The translations under genes were made by a program, and so were the position numbers. This document shows, in pieces, positions 64,000-64,000 of a DNA stretch of 64,000 nucleotides. The stretch's first letter is position 1; the number at the start of each line of letters is the position of its first letter. The notes under the pieces are model-generated. The model saw only the letters and a program-made list of their open reading frames with translations, had not been told where the DNA came from and made no database searches. The DNA comes from Christensenellaceae bacterium (GTDB lineage Bacteria; Bacillota; Clostridia; Christensenellales; Borkfalkiaceae): NCBI GenBank assembly GCA_948890655.1, contig CAQTYU010000006.1:7655-71654 (forward strand), given 5' to 3'.

Positions 64000-64000
64000 A

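Larger units (their letters stand above)
35941..64000. mobile_element. temperate siphovirus-type prophage, left ~28 kb (right end outside the window)
   Basis: A contiguous lysogeny module (integrase, repressor) is followed by early, recombination/replication, packaging, head and tail modules. GC content is visibly higher than in the flanking DNA. The left junction lies somewhere in 35752-35950. Confidence 0.9.

Overview
The window has two parts. Positions 1 to about 35.9 kb are chromosomal DNA of a low/medium-GC Gram-positive anaerobe; Clostridia-like is an inference from gene content. Recognisable genes are DegV, two tandem GNAT-like paralogs, KDPG aldolase, two YitT-family membrane proteins, a GH13 amylase plus GlgB, NadA, and an Rrf2 regulator. 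Further on are NifS-NifU-TtcA-like, a membrane pyrophosphatase, a P-type Ca2+-type ATPase, a glycosyltransferase with a fused nucleotidyltransferase-kinase and a HAD hydrolase, and a BspA-type LRR protein. Interspersed are AT-rich accessory or decayed patches: a frameshifted P-loop kinase, a DUF6273 surface protein with a D/T-rich tandem repeat, and a gene-remnant zone at 31.7-32.9 kb. From about 35.94 kb to the window end is the left ~28 kb of a more GC-rich siphovirus-type temperate prophage whose right end lies outside the window. Its order is large serine integrase, TPR-like protein and CI-like repressor on the minus strand, then on the plus strand the early genes. These are followed by a recombination/replication module (Erf, PD-(D/E)XK nuclease, NinB-like, HNH, SSB, DnaD-like, DnaC-like), a late regulator, TerS/TerL, portal, a MuF-like protein, scaffold, capsid, connectors, tail tube, chaperones, tape measure and a partial distal tail protein. 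No rRNA, tRNA or CRISPR array was found. The observations I rate highest are all in the prophage. First, an 18-21 nt start-associated sequence (GGAGGACATACCAAAATGAAC) recurs at 7 early-gene starts plus one dead relic. Second, two perfect-consensus promoters in the immunity region point at each other. Third, a non-protease TPR-like protein sits in the ImmA slot between repressor and integrase. Fourth, the first early gene encodes a coiled-coil plus papain-like domain. Fifth, there is a 194-aa two-domain DnaN-like mini-clamp. Sixth, the MuF-like head protein carries a C-terminal HExxH domain and is followed by a 56-aa ORF and terminators. All functional calls rest on motif recognition by eye; no database search was run.
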